Positions 28,036-38,249 of a stretch of 64,000 nucleotides of DNA are shown here, in pieces. Both the position numbers and the translations under genes were made by a program. Every line of letters begins with the position of its first letter. The stretch's first letter is position 1. This DNA is from Euryarchaeota archaeon UBA91 (GTDB lineage Archaea; Thermoplasmatota; Poseidoniia; Poseidoniales; Poseidoniaceae): the NCBI GenBank assembly GCA_002499705.1, contig DAMU01000036.1, positions 7,314-71,313 on the forward strand, given 5' to 3'. The notes beneath the pieces were generated by a model. The model did no database searches and was not told the DNA's origin. It saw only the letters and a program-made list of their open reading frames with translations.

Positions 28036-30242
28036 GAGATGACCTCCGTCATGTGGGCATTTAGTGCAGCCATTTGAAGAGTGAACTGTATTGGTTCACC
28101 GTTGGTGTGCCAAACTGCTTCGGATGTTGCATATGATGGGTCTGGCACCCATCCAACATAATCACTCAACAAATCAATCCTTCCAGGATAAACAGTCCAA
28201 TCTTCACTTGATTCGAGCCCGTCTGCTGATGCATCAGCAATGGCCACTCCGTAAGGGCTTGACCATCCTCGACGAACCTCATAGGCAATCGTCGAAGCAA
28301 GCGATGAACGATCGACTAATTCTATGTCTAAGTTCATTGTTCCAGCGCCACTGACACTGTCTTGAGTAGGGTGAAGTGATGGTATGGTTGCAGCAAATCT
28401 TGGTCCGGGGCCCCCTCGGTCGGATGGAGATACCACAATGTATGGTTCAAATTCCGGATGGTTGGTGACCACAGCACCTCCGACATACGCCACTTCCATT
28501 CCGACAATTGATGAGGTGAACTCATAACTCAGTCGAGAGAGATGGAATCCCCACACTGTTCCGAGGTTTGCATGTGTTGAAGCACCGTTAACTCCAATGA
28601 GAGTAATTTGCATACTTGCTGGATGGTTTCCAGAACGCCATGCATTTTTCAGGTCAACTTGGCTTCTTCCACTCATCGATTGCCAAGGCAACTCCGTTGC
28701 AATCCATCCACTTGCCTGAACATTAATCGATAAACATCGTTGTGCTCCATCATGGTGTGCTTGGATAAGTCCATTTTGTCCACGTAAAAGGTAGAGTCGA
28801 AGTGCATGTCCATCTTCAACGTTCATTTGATTGACTCCCTGATTGATGTTAACAGTTCGCTGGGTATTTTCATCAAAGAGTGAGCCATTGGCATTACTCG
28901 CACCGGTTAAGTTCCAATCAACAATCATACCGGCCCGGACAAGATGGATTTGTTTGTTGCTTGAACCGTCTGCGTAGATCGTGTGTGATTGGCCTGACAA
29001 TGCACCAGTATCATCTGCAGCAATTACCTGCAATCCAGAACCGTTTGTATCTGCTCGCCAAGAGACGAAAACGTCTCCATTTGCATCAAGCATTGGAGCA
29101 CCATCAATTTCAGCAGGAGGCCAATCAAAACTGAGACTTTGGTTTGCAGCAACAGAAACCCCACCGCCTCTCCATGTTACGGTGACACTTGTCTGGCCGG
29201 GATTGGTGAAGACCAATTCACCTTCAAGCGATGGCGTTACAAATGAATGACCAAGATATTGTCCATCGGAACTTGGCCAAGCGGTTTGACCAACATTGAC
29301 TTCTGTATTTGTTTGAAGAAGAAGCCTTGAGGGTGCACTGGTCGTAATGTGGACCACCTCAGGCGTGTCAAGGGAGAATTGATGAGTGAAATCTACCCCT
29401 ACACGGTTTTGATTTGACGGTAATGCATAATGTGAATTTGAGGTTTGATTGGTAATTATTATCTGGTTTGCAACCTCGCTCAGTATGTGGATTTGATTGT
29501 TTCCAGCCGGCAATGGAAGTGACCAAGAGGTACCGGTTAAATCGACTGGATTTGGGTCATTGGCTTGCATTAATGTCGTCCCACCATTTCCTCGAGAAAG
29601 CAGTAGATGCAGTTCATGAGAAGAATGGATGACTATTTCACCAGATTGACTGGTATTGACGATGTGCATTCCATCAACCATAAGTTCGAGTTCAGATAGC
29701 TTCGTGGATTGATTCCAAATTTCGATCTCAATAGGCCCAAGAGGGAGTGCGAGTCCAGGTGATGCAGTCATTGTGACGCTCTCCACCCATTCAGGGATGG
29801 TGAACATGTATGGATTCGCAGGACCGAGACGCAGGTCATCAACACACACTGCAGAATTCATGGATTCTGGGTGCCGTACGCTGAACTGGTCATCATAGTC
29901 GAGGGCTCCCTGAACTCGGAAACTGGTGTCGTCGAACCAAGTTGCAGAATACCACATGCTGCTTTGCATCATGTTCCAGTTCAAACTGCCGTCCACGGGA
30001 ATAAGTTCAATTTCCGTAGAATCTCCTGGCATTCCACTTTCGCTTAGAGATGAGGTTTGATGCGCTAACAGCGACATTTGAGAAGACATATCATGACGTT
30101 CGATTGAGCCCTCCAATTCCTCAATGACTGGAATCATTGAAACCATCATCATACCGATGATACTCAGAACTCCGCCGAAGAGAAGAACAGTGGCAACCGC
30201 TGCTGAAACGGCATCTTCATCACGTTGCAGGTTGTACTTCAT
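28032..30242 (-). CDS. Large pilin-like / pilus-associated protein with class III signal peptide (736 aa)
   Basis: N-terminus MKYNLQRDEDAVSAAVATVLLFGGVLSIIGMMMV has the R-D-E-D-A-V-S motif and then a hydrophobic helix, as in archaeal prepilins. It overlaps both operon neighbours by 4 nt. Confidence 0.6.
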   Translation of the reverse strand: MKYNLQRDEDAVSAAVATVLLFGGVLSIIGMMMVSMIPVIEELEGSIERHDMSSQMSLLAHQTSSLSESGMPGDSTEIELIPVDGSLNWNMMQSSMWYSATWFDDTSFRVQGALDYDDQFSVRHPESMNSAVCVDDLRLGPANPYMFTIPEWVESVTMTASPGLALPLGPIEIEIWNQSTKLSELELMVDGMHIVNTSQSGEIVIHSSHELHLLLSRGNGGTTLMQANDPNPVDLTGTSWSLPLPAGNNQIHILSEVANQIIITNQTSNSHYALPSNQNRVGVDFTHQFSLDTPEVVHITTSAPSRLLLQTNTEVNVGQTAWPSSDGQYLGHSFVTPSLEGELVFTNPGQTSVTVTWRGGGVSVAANQSLSFDWPPAEIDGAPMLDANGDVFVSWRADTNGSGLQVIAADDTGALSGQSHTIYADGSSNKQIHLVRAGMIVDWNLTGASNANGSLFDENTQRTVNINQGVNQMNVEDGHALRLYLLRGQNGLIQAHHDGAQRCLSINVQASGWIATELPWQSMSGRSQVDLKNAWRSGNHPASMQITLIGVNGASTHANLGTVWGFHLSRLSYEFTSSIVGMEVAYVGGAVVTNHPEFEPYIVVSPSDRGGPGPRFAATIPSLHPTQDSVSGAGTMNLDIELVDRSSLASTIAYEVRRGWSSPYGVAIADASADGLESSEDWTVYPGRIDLLSDYVGWVPDPSYATSEAVWHTNGEPIQFTLQMAALNAHMTEVIS

Positions 30243-31324
30243 CGAGATACCTCCACGCGCTTTACATCCACTTCAAGATACAACTGTGCACCTTGGGTTT
30301 CAACAGTAAAACCATCTGCACCGCTTGCTCTCAAAAACGGGGCATACCCAACATAGGTGTCCAAGGTGCCCGATGCTCTGTTGAGATTGTATTCATCCAG
30401 CATTCGATCATGATATTGGGGTGTTATCAAATCATTGAGGGAATTGACGACTGTGAATTTCACATTGTATGCCTCACCGGAAAAAAGCGTCATTGGGCCC
30501 ATCGAAATCATGTTCATTCCAATTTTATTTCCAGAGCCAAGTGAACCGTTAATCGTGACATCACTGAGGACCAGTGAGAGACGAAACTCACCGTTTACCA
30601 GTGGGTCGATTTCGATTTTTGGAAAGTGAGAAACACTCCATGGCTCATTTGGAAACCTCTCTACTCGAGCATTATTCATCAAAGCGATTTGGTGTTCACC
30701 CTGTCCAAGAGAAGTTGTGATTTGGATTCCAGAAATGAGATAGGTGAAACTGCGATGAATCGGATTGTTATCCGAATCAAAAACTGTAACTACCATCCAG
30801 TGCTGTTGAGTTGAGTTATGCCTCACAAGAACTTCTTCATGTGACGCTTCAAAGGAAAAACTCTCAACCCCGTATTCGGTTTCAATGGTTATGCTTCGTG
30901 CAGTTTCGTTCATCGAATAAATGCCTAAGGCGGAACTATTTTCATCTCGAACAGTGACTGAATCATACGGTGTCAAATCAGCCGCCATCGTCCAAGTTTC
31001 TACTTTTTCCACCGATTGAATCATCGTAGATTGCAATGCAAGAGTGTGACGTATTCCCGTTCCTTCGGGCGCTCCGCCTGCGACATCAATTCGGTCTTCG
31101 AAACGTTCCGCAATTCCTGTTGCGCTGTTCCAGTTTGTATTGTCTTCAAAATCAGTGATGTAGGGGTTCAAGAAAACCCACACCCCACCCATAATTGTGA
31201 TGACCATGGCGAGCATCATCACGACTCCGAGAACTTCACTGACAGCCCTTTGGTCTCGTCGAAGAGACGGGCGCCAAACTGTGTTTGGTTGTGCGTTCAC
31301 ATACGGCACAACCTTTGGCATCAT
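30239..31324 (-). CDS. Pilin-like protein with class III signal peptide (archaeal type IV pilin N-terminal domain, DUF1628-like)
   Basis: RRDQRAVSEVLGVVMMLAMVITIMGGVWVF at aa 22-51 is a near-textbook archaeal class III signal (RAVSEV-hGhh). It is preceded by a 21-aa leader. First gene of the operon. Confidence 0.65.
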   Translation of the reverse strand: MMPKVVPYVNAQPNTVWRPSLRRDQRAVSEVLGVVMMLAMVITIMGGVWVFLNPYITDFEDNTNWNSATGIAERFEDRIDVAGGAPEGTGIRHTLALQSTMIQSVEKVETWTMAADLTPYDSVTVRDENSSALGIYSMNETARSITIETEYGVESFSFEASHEEVLVRHNSTQQHWMVVTVFDSDNNPIHRSFTYLISGIQITTSLGQGEHQIALMNNARVERFPNEPWSVSHFPKIEIDPLVNGEFRLSLVLSDVTINGSLGSGNKIGMNMISMGPMTLFSGEAYNVKFTVVNSLNDLITPQYHDRMLDEYNLNRASGTLDTYVGYAPFLRASGADGFTVETQGAQLYLEVDVKRVEVSR

Positions 31325-31340
31325 TTAGCAATTGACCCTC

Positions 31341-31362
31341 TCACCCCCCCATAGGGGGGTGA
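31341..31362. promoter_or_regulatory. 9-bp G/C palindrome TCACCCCCC-cata-GGGGGGTGA between the metallo-beta-lactamase gene stop and the pilin-operon start
   Basis: Perfect inverted repeat about 20 bp upstream of the operon's start codon on the minus strand. ATTTTG follows on the + strand. Confidence 0.35.
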
Positions 31363-31380
31363 TTTTGTCAATAACTCATT

Positions 31381-32199
31381 TCACGGAGAACTCTTTTTGA
31401 GCAACTCATTTTCGTTGCTCTGGCCGATATAGTGGGAGCGCTCTGGGCCATCTTGGAGTGAGATTGTAATGTCTCCAGTAAACAGTTCATCAATGTGGTA
31501 AAGAACGGTGGATTCAGCAAGGTGGGGTTGATTGTTTTTTTCCGACAAGTGCGTGAGTGAAATACTCTTAGTAGCAGGCGTGCAAACCTGTGCCAAGAAA
31601 CGCCCAGTTTGGTCATTTGACAGGTGCCCTCCTCGGCCGCTAATTCTGTCTTTGAGTGTGTAAGGATATGGCCCATTCATCAACCGGTTGTGGTCATAAT
31701 TTGCCTCAATCGAAATGTGTTCGCAACCGCGTACATGCGTGACAAGTTCATCTGTCCATGAACCGAGGTCTGTAATAACGGCAGCCCTCTGTCCGTTATG
31801 ACTTGCAACAAATGCTACATTATCTGCACCTGAATGAGGGACAGGGACGGGGAGTATCGCTAAATCCTCGCTTACTCGAATGACGTCGAGTGCTTCAAAA
31901 TAATGAGTGAGTTCAGGCATGAGACCGAGCTCTTCTGCAGTTCGGTGATTTGCCTGAATGTTCATATTCCATCTTTTCTGAGAAACAGCAGCACCTCCAC
32001 CATGATCACCGTGATGGTGGGTAATGAAAATATAATCAATATCGGTTGGGTGAAGATTCAATCTTCCAAGTCTTTTCTCAAGTTGTGCGCCACTGAATCC
32101 TTGGTCGATCAACACTTTCGCCTGTTCGGTTTCAAGCAACGTCGCATTTCCGCGACTGCCTGTACCAAGGTGCGTGAGTGTCATCGTCATCTCAATCAT
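31381..32199 (-). CDS. Metallo-beta-lactamase (MBL)-fold metallo-hydrolase
   Basis: TLTHLGTGSRGNATLLE and IFITHHHGDHGGG (the HxHxDH zinc motif), then downstream His and Asp residues. The track start at 32349 adds 50 atypical residues. I prefer ATG 32199, 32190 or 32184 (MIEMTMTLTHLG). Confidence 0.65.
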   Translation of the reverse strand: MIEMTMTLTHLGTGSRGNATLLETEQAKVLIDQGFSGAQLEKRLGRLNLHPTDIDYIFITHHHGDHGGGAAVSQKRWNMNIQANHRTAEELGLMPELTHYFEALDVIRVSEDLAILPVPVPHSGADNVAFVASHNGQRAAVITDLGSWTDELVTHVRGCEHISIEANYDHNRLMNGPYPYTLKDRISGRGGHLSNDQTGRFLAQVCTPATKSISLTHLSEKNNQPHLAESTVLYHIDELFTGDITISLQDGPERSHYIGQSNENELLKKSSP

Positions 32200-32424
32200 T
32201 AGTACCGTGACGCGAACGGTCTTTGAAGAAACCGCATCAATTGCTGCAAACTTTGTGATTTCCTCCTTCAAGTTGCCTTTTCTGAAGGTCCAATTCCAGT
32301 TTAAATCGAAGGAATTTTCCGGTCGATGAATGAGGACTTGTCCGAACATCGCTCCATCACCCTCATAAGTGTCTTGAAAGGGTTGAGCACCTGCGAAGCG
32401 TATGCTTTGTAGGCTGGTCTCAAA

Positions 32425-35400
32425 ATGCGTCGTAGTTTAACCACTCTTCTAACCACACTTGCTGTTGTAGCAAGTCTGGTGTTCATGTCACAATTTCCAG
32501 CAATTTCGCCGGTTTCGAATTTGCATCCAGATACCACGGATGGCTCCAAGCCCCCATCGACAGATACCGACGGAGATAAAATCCCAGATGTCCATGAAAA
32601 TCTGTTTGAGGAATGGATGAATTGGAGTACTGTTGATGGCCGAATCATTGTCATGCCAGGCATGGACAGTAACAATGCGTCCGATGCATTGGTGGATAAT
32701 GACCGAGATGGTTTGAATGCTACCGAAGAATTTTGTTGGCCTTATCCCGCAAATTGTACTGCTCCTGGATTCCCTCGCGGACTGACTGGGGTTGTAGACA
32801 GTGAGGGTGAGCGCAGTTATCTTGACCCTCGTGTCTCTGATACAGATGGAGATGGAATGCCTGATGGATATGAAGCATACATGTGTGAACGCGTTGGCGG
32901 TTTCAACATATTTTCGCTCAAGTATGAGTGCCAAAACTTCGACCCTCTAAACGGATCTGATGTTTACGATGATCCTGATGAAGATGGATTTGACGTTAAT
33001 CGAGACGGCGTATTATCAACCACTGAACGCTTTTCATCTCCGGAGGAATACATTTACGGAGCGCCATTGAATCATACGACTGAATTGGACGGCATGTGGT
33101 GCTCTGCAACATTACCTGAAGGCTCAGTCTTCAAGAACTGGCCATTTATTCCAACCGGCCCTAATGCTACTTTCACAAATCTACTCTCAGCATGTACTGA
33201 GAATGCCACGATGGTCATTGACGAAGACATTTGGCTAGGAACTGACCCTCTTCTTGCAGACTCTGACCGCTACCATTGGGATGGCTTTTCAATTCGCAGA
33301 CTTTTCCCTTCTTTCGGAGATGGGATTCCAGATGGATGGGAAGTCCATTTCGGCCTAGAACCACTTAACCGGACCAATGCTCTTCTCGACCCAGACTTGG
33401 ATGGTTGGGATGCGAACCGAGATGGGGGAGTCTCTCCGGATGTAAGTCGTACGTTAACAGCACTGGCATTAGGTGAATCATTGTCTACATTGGAAGAGTA
33501 CTTCGTCCATGAGGATAATGGAAACTCCGTACTTCCTGGTATGAAATCAGTTCTCCTTGGCAACCAACTTGATACTCACGAATCAATGCCTCTGAGCTTT
33601 GTCACACCTGCTGAAGAAATGAGCCTCATACATTACGATCTTCGTGATTTAGAAAGTGATGGGACGATGCTTTATGCAACAACTCGATACGGCGTAACGG
33701 TTTTTGATTTTGAACAGTCCGTGAATTATGATCATTGGATGCCTCAAGGTGTTGAGTTGCATGAGTCTCTTCTTCTTTCCTTACAAGATACCAGTTTTGC
33801 TTTAGCCCTTGCAACAAATGTTGGATTGGCAGTCGCCCCTCTTCAAGCCAATGGTGATCTCGCTCCTCTGGAAAGTTGGTCATGGTCGCTATCTGAAGAA
33901 ATTCACGCACTTGCCGCATTGAACATTGAAGGTCAAAATCAGCAAATCCTCGGCTTAGGTCAATCCGGTCAAGGAGCTGTTTTTGAAGTCACCACATTAT
34001 CACAAATCGCTCAACAATATTCCATTGCGGTAGGACTTGAAACAGCCCTTAGTCAATCGAATGCAAGCGTAACTAGCATTGCACATGGTGCAGCAGGTGG
34101 AGGAAATAATACGCTCTATGTCGGAACCGATAGAGGGTTAATTATCGGTGAGACTTCAACGGCCCGTGGTATGTTTGAACCGACTTGGCGATTTTATTAC
34201 ACCCCCGAAGTGACGCCGTATCCAACAGCAATCGATGAAATTCGCTCTCTCTCTCTGGGCATGGTTGCCAATCCGGCAGAGGTTCGAACGATGGTGCTTG
34301 ATGGACCTACACCCAGCAATGCTCAGGTCTTGTGGTTTGGAACTCCTTCTGGAGTTCATATGATGAATCTCCTTGACAATTCGATTTCACACAGTGGATT
34401 ATTGGAGCACCCTGGAGTCGAAGGCAAATACCTGCGTGAATACAATAACGTCCATTCAATTCTCCCTACTGGTGATGAACTTTTGATTGGTTCAGACAAG
34501 GGGCTTTGGGCTATTTCCGGTGATTATTCTGCAGTCTATGGCTTCCAAAACCAGGAAACAGTCTATGGAGAAATTGTCACTATCCAAACAATTACAGTTG
34601 ATGAAAATACAACAATTTACACTGGTTCCGCACCAGGGAAATACGCAAATCTTGAATTGATGAACCCTGGAGCAAATGATTCCGATAATGATGGTATGCC
34701 GGATGGTTGGGAAGTCGCCAATGGTTTGGACCCAACAGATCCTTGGGACTCACTTTTTGATATGGATGGAGACGGTATAGACCTCGACCAATCAGGTGAT
34801 GGTTTCTTAGAACGACTTTGGACGAATTTAGACGAGTATCGATTCGTTAGTCAGACGACTGCAGGCTACAATTCAACCAATCCGAAAGCGGGTGATACCG
34901 ATGGTGATGGATTGGGCGATGGTAGTGAGTACTTTGGGTTCTTTTACGAAAATTCTACTCTCTGGTGCCACTATACGGTCCAAATGGAATACATTTGTGA
35001 TGATGCAGCCGGACAAGCAGCGAATGCGACTTATCTCGGTCTTTCCAGCAGCGACAGAGGTACTGACCCAACAAATTTCGACAGCGATGGTGACGGCATG
35101 CCTGATGGATGGGAAATACACCATCGACGATGGATTGGTTCTTCGTTTACCGGTGGTAATAACTGGACTCTGGACCCGAATCGCGCCGAAGATGCAAATT
35201 GGGATGCAGACCGTGATGGTTTAGCAAATCTATGCGAATATCAGTGGTCGCTTGTACGAAGTGCAGCAATTGAAGGCTTGTTACTCGAATCTCATGGAGA
35301 AACGGTCAATGCGAGTCTGGATTGGTTTGATGCTGACCCAAACAACATTGATTCTGATGGTGATACGTTGCCTGATGGTTGGGAATCTGGCGGCGCTTGC

Positions 35401-38178
35401 ACTTGGGACCCTTCTCGCCAAGGTGTGAACCCGCTCAACGCCTCAGACCTCTTTGAAAATCCAGATGGAGACGGATATGACATCAATCATGATGGAGTCT
35501 TAGACGACAACGAAGCCTTTGTCAACTACTTAGAATTCCATATTCGTTCTGACTTATTCAGTGGTAATCAGACCCTTGATGGTGTGGCTTTACCTAACGG
35601 ATTCTCAACTGACCTCTTTTCGAATGTCAGTTCATTTGGAATTCCAGAAGCGAACTTTGGTGAACGTGCATCAGGCTCAGTCACCGCCCTTCAATCAATT
35701 ACTGATGTTGGCTCATCTGACCCATTCAACGCAGATTCGGATTCAGATGGAATGCCGGATGGATGGGAGATTTGGTTTGCTCGCTGGAATGTTCTCGATG
35801 ATGGATGGACGTTGAATCCTCTTGATTCATCTGACCGTTGGGAAGACGCAGATGACGATGGAATGGCGAATTGGGAAGAATACAATGCTATCTCTCCTGA
35901 ATATACCGAAACAGATCAAAATCGTTCAGCTCCACAATGGTTTGTCACAACCGTCGGTTCAGCATTTGCTTTGCAACAATGGCCTGGTAACTCTGTTGAG
36001 TTCTCCTTTGGTTCATTCATCACTCAAGACCAAGTGAACCTTACCGGATGGACATGTGACCCAAACAATGTCGACACAGATGGGGATGGCATGATTGATG
36101 GCATAGAACAATTGTTCACCTCATGGAATCTCACCGCCGAAACTTGGACGCTTAATCCGTTGGTTGCAGGCGATGGTGATTTCGATGGAGATGCGGATGG
36201 GCTGATTGATAGCCAAGAATTTGCAATCGCTGTCGAGGCCCCAACCAATGGTTTAGAGCACCCCTCAGATGCTCCTCTGCTCCACCTTGATGGAGATGTC
36301 CAACAGCCTACTGAGAAGGCACAACGGGTGTTTAACATTCTCATCACCAAAGAGACACGAGGTAAGCGTCTGTTAAACGACTTCAACGACTGGCAAGCAG
36401 GAGTTCCTCCAAATGCGATTCTCTCGACACTTCTTGGAATGTCTGATCCAACAAATCCTGACACAGATGACGATGGCATGTATGACGGTTTTGAGTATTG
36501 GTTCACCGAATGGGATCTAGAAGAAAACCGATGGAGTATGAATCCACTCATCGACAGTGACGTTAATCTTGATACGGATGGCGATAGTTTCGATTGCGAT
36601 GGTGATGGGAATATCTCGATGGAGGAACGTTTCTCCAATTTACGTGAATGGGAGTCTCGCACATATGGGAAATACCTCGAGCGTTTCTCGGTCCCAGTTG
36701 ACAAAGGAATCGTTAACTTTGGCGATGACGCTATGCAGGCTTACATGGAAGAACAGGGCATGAATCTTCTTCAAGCGCAGCAAGCACTGTACACTGATTT
36801 CGCATCCAAGAGTCAATCGAGTGCAGACAGAATGGCCATGATCAATGAATTTAATCAAGATAATTTCAATCGCACTTTACTTGGAATCTCAGACCCAACC
36901 AATTCCGATTCTGATTCTGATGGAATTGAGGATGGATGGGAATATTGCTATGCTGTCTTCGGCATGGAAGATCCTACGACCATCAACCACTGGGCTGCAA
37001 ACCCTCTCAACCCTTGGGATGTTAATTACGATGGAGACCGTGATGGATGGTATGGCCGTACCGTCTTTGACCAGCCTGCCACGCAAGGCAGTTGGTCAGG
37101 TCGAGTATTTACTCCCGGAACCGCAGTCGTTCAGTCTGGACTTGGCGATTTGCCTTTCACTAACTGGATGGAATGGGATAACATGACGCGTCCTGATTTG
37201 AACGATTCAGATGGAGACAGTATTTCCTATTCAACAGTAGTCTCGAACGGAGCAGTTGTTTACCATCAGCAAGATTTCAATTTATCAGATGGTCGGGAGG
37301 TGTTCAAGTATGGAATTAACCCGAGTGATAATGATTCTGATGGCGATATGCTACCAGACTGGTATGAGTATTCGAAAGCTTGGAATGAATCAAACGACAA
37401 CTTTAGTTCGTTTTTACAAATTCAGGTTATTTGGATTGATGCTGCTACTGGAGGTGCATGTTCCACCGATACAAATTCCTGTCTTCCTCTATCCCAGCAA
37501 GGAGCCAATGGAATACTTTCACGTCCAAATCTCGCCTCGACTTGGTTTACTTTGAATCCTGCCGATCCCGTAGATGCTAATTACGACCCTGACCAGGATG
37601 GAAATTGGGATTGCAGTGGCGCAGGATGTGTCTATGAGCCTTATACGAATTTCCAAGAATTTTTCAGTATCACTGACACTGACCTCTCCTCGCCTAATGC
37701 GGTGCGACTTAGCGGAATGATCTATGATGGCGAAGTTGTATTGGAGTGGTGGCAGTTAAGGGCAGCACTCTTGAAGCTCGATTCATCCGGAGTAAGTAGC
37801 GAAAATTACTTGAAAATGGATAAATCCTTTGCCAATGATATTCGATTTGCTTACATCGTCGATGACAGAGATACGAATTTCCTCGTTCTTGATTCCAGTG
37901 ATGATGTAATTCATTTGGCAGGAAATCGAACCGATTCATGGGATATGTATTATGTCGGTTCGCCAAATACTGCACCTGTGAGGGCCGTCGGTGAACATGA
38001 ATTCGGATGGTATCTGCTCGACTTAGACAACGACCACATCGCAGAGGGTACTGACCCTACGAACTGGGATACAGATGGTGATTGGATGGTTGATTGGTTT
38101 GAAGTTCATGATGATGAAGAAGACGGAATTCGTGGAGATTCTTCACCGATTCGTTATGATTCTCGTCAAACTGGATGA
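32425..38178 (+). CDS. Giant secreted protein (1917 aa) built from thrombospondin-type-3 / dockerin-like Ca-binding D-x-D-x-D-G repeats; no C-terminal TM anchor
   Basis: Signal peptide MRRSLTTLLTTLAVVASLVFMSQFPAISP. At least 15 repeats such as DTDGDGMPDGYE, DSDNDGMPDGWEV, DSDGDGMPDGWEI, DSDSDGMPDGWEIWF, DTDDDGMYDGFEYWF, DSDSDGIEDGWEY and DTDGDWMVDWFEV. A central Gly/Ala-rich region (about aa 370-700) may be a propeller. The C-terminus ...DSSPIRYDSRQTG has no hydrophobic segment. Confidence 0.7.
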   Translation: MRRSLTTLLTTLAVVASLVFMSQFPAISPVSNLHPDTTDGSKPPSTDTDGDKIPDVHENLFEEWMNWSTVDGRIIVMPGMDSNNASDALVDNDRDGLNATEEFCWPYPANCTAPGFPRGLTGVVDSEGERSYLDPRVSDTDGDGMPDGYEAYMCERVGGFNIFSLKYECQNFDPLNGSDVYDDPDEDGFDVNRDGVLSTTERFSSPEEYIYGAPLNHTTELDGMWCSATLPEGSVFKNWPFIPTGPNATFTNLLSACTENATMVIDEDIWLGTDPLLADSDRYHWDGFSIRRLFPSFGDGIPDGWEVHFGLEPLNRTNALLDPDLDGWDANRDGGVSPDVSRTLTALALGESLSTLEEYFVHEDNGNSVLPGMKSVLLGNQLDTHESMPLSFVTPAEEMSLIHYDLRDLESDGTMLYATTRYGVTVFDFEQSVNYDHWMPQGVELHESLLLSLQDTSFALALATNVGLAVAPLQANGDLAPLESWSWSLSEEIHALAALNIEGQNQQILGLGQSGQGAVFEVTTLSQIAQQYSIAVGLETALSQSNASVTSIAHGAAGGGNNTLYVGTDRGLIIGETSTARGMFEPTWRFYYTPEVTPYPTAIDEIRSLSLGMVANPAEVRTMVLDGPTPSNAQVLWFGTPSGVHMMNLLDNSISHSGLLEHPGVEGKYLREYNNVHSILPTGDELLIGSDKGLWAISGDYSAVYGFQNQETVYGEIVTIQTITVDENTTIYTGSAPGKYANLELMNPGANDSDNDGMPDGWEVANGLDPTDPWDSLFDMDGDGIDLDQSGDGFLERLWTNLDEYRFVSQTTAGYNSTNPKAGDTDGDGLGDGSEYFGFFYENSTLWCHYTVQMEYICDDAAGQAANATYLGLSSSDRGTDPTNFDSDGDGMPDGWEIHHRRWIGSSFTGGNNWTLDPNRAEDANWDADRDGLANLCEYQWSLVRSAAIEGLLLESHGETVNASLDWFDADPNNIDSDGDTLPDGWESGGACTWDPSRQGVNPLNASDLFENPDGDGYDINHDGVLDDNEAFVNYLEFHIRSDLFSGNQTLDGVALPNGFSTDLFSNVSSFGIPEANFGERASGSVTALQSITDVGSSDPFNADSDSDGMPDGWEIWFARWNVLDDGWTLNPLDSSDRWEDADDDGMANWEEYNAISPEYTETDQNRSAPQWFVTTVGSAFALQQWPGNSVEFSFGSFITQDQVNLTGWTCDPNNVDTDGDGMIDGIEQLFTSWNLTAETWTLNPLVAGDGDFDGDADGLIDSQEFAIAVEAPTNGLEHPSDAPLLHLDGDVQQPTEKAQRVFNILITKETRGKRLLNDFNDWQAGVPPNAILSTLLGMSDPTNPDTDDDGMYDGFEYWFTEWDLEENRWSMNPLIDSDVNLDTDGDSFDCDGDGNISMEERFSNLREWESRTYGKYLERFSVPVDKGIVNFGDDAMQAYMEEQGMNLLQAQQALYTDFASKSQSSADRMAMINEFNQDNFNRTLLGISDPTNSDSDSDGIEDGWEYCYAVFGMEDPTTINHWAANPLNPWDVNYDGDRDGWYGRTVFDQPATQGSWSGRVFTPGTAVVQSGLGDLPFTNWMEWDNMTRPDLNDSDGDSISYSTVVSNGAVVYHQQDFNLSDGREVFKYGINPSDNDSDGDMLPDWYEYSKAWNESNDNFSSFLQIQVIWIDAATGGACSTDTNSCLPLSQQGANGILSRPNLASTWFTLNPADPVDANYDPDQDGNWDCSGAGCVYEPYTNFQEFFSITDTDLSSPNAVRLSGMIYDGEVVLEWWQLRAALLKLDSSGVSSENYLKMDKSFANDIRFAYIVDDRDTNFLVLDSSDDVIHLAGNRTDSWDMYYVGSPNTAPVRAVGEHEFGWYLLDLDNDHIAEGTDPTNWDTDGDWMVDWFEVHDDEEDGIRGDSSPIRYDSRQTG

Positions 38179-38249
38179 CATTTGTCATTTGACTCGTAGG
38201 GGCATGATTCAAAGGCCATAGGCTCTAAGCCCTGTTAGGGGGAGCGTAT

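Noticed and set aside
32200-32349. 50-residue N-terminal extension of the metallo-beta-lactamase gene in the ORF track.
   Set aside because: Metallo-beta-lactamase-fold proteins normally begin just before the LGTGS motif. Internal ATGs at 32199, 32190 and 32184 give that. The extension was kept only as an alternative.
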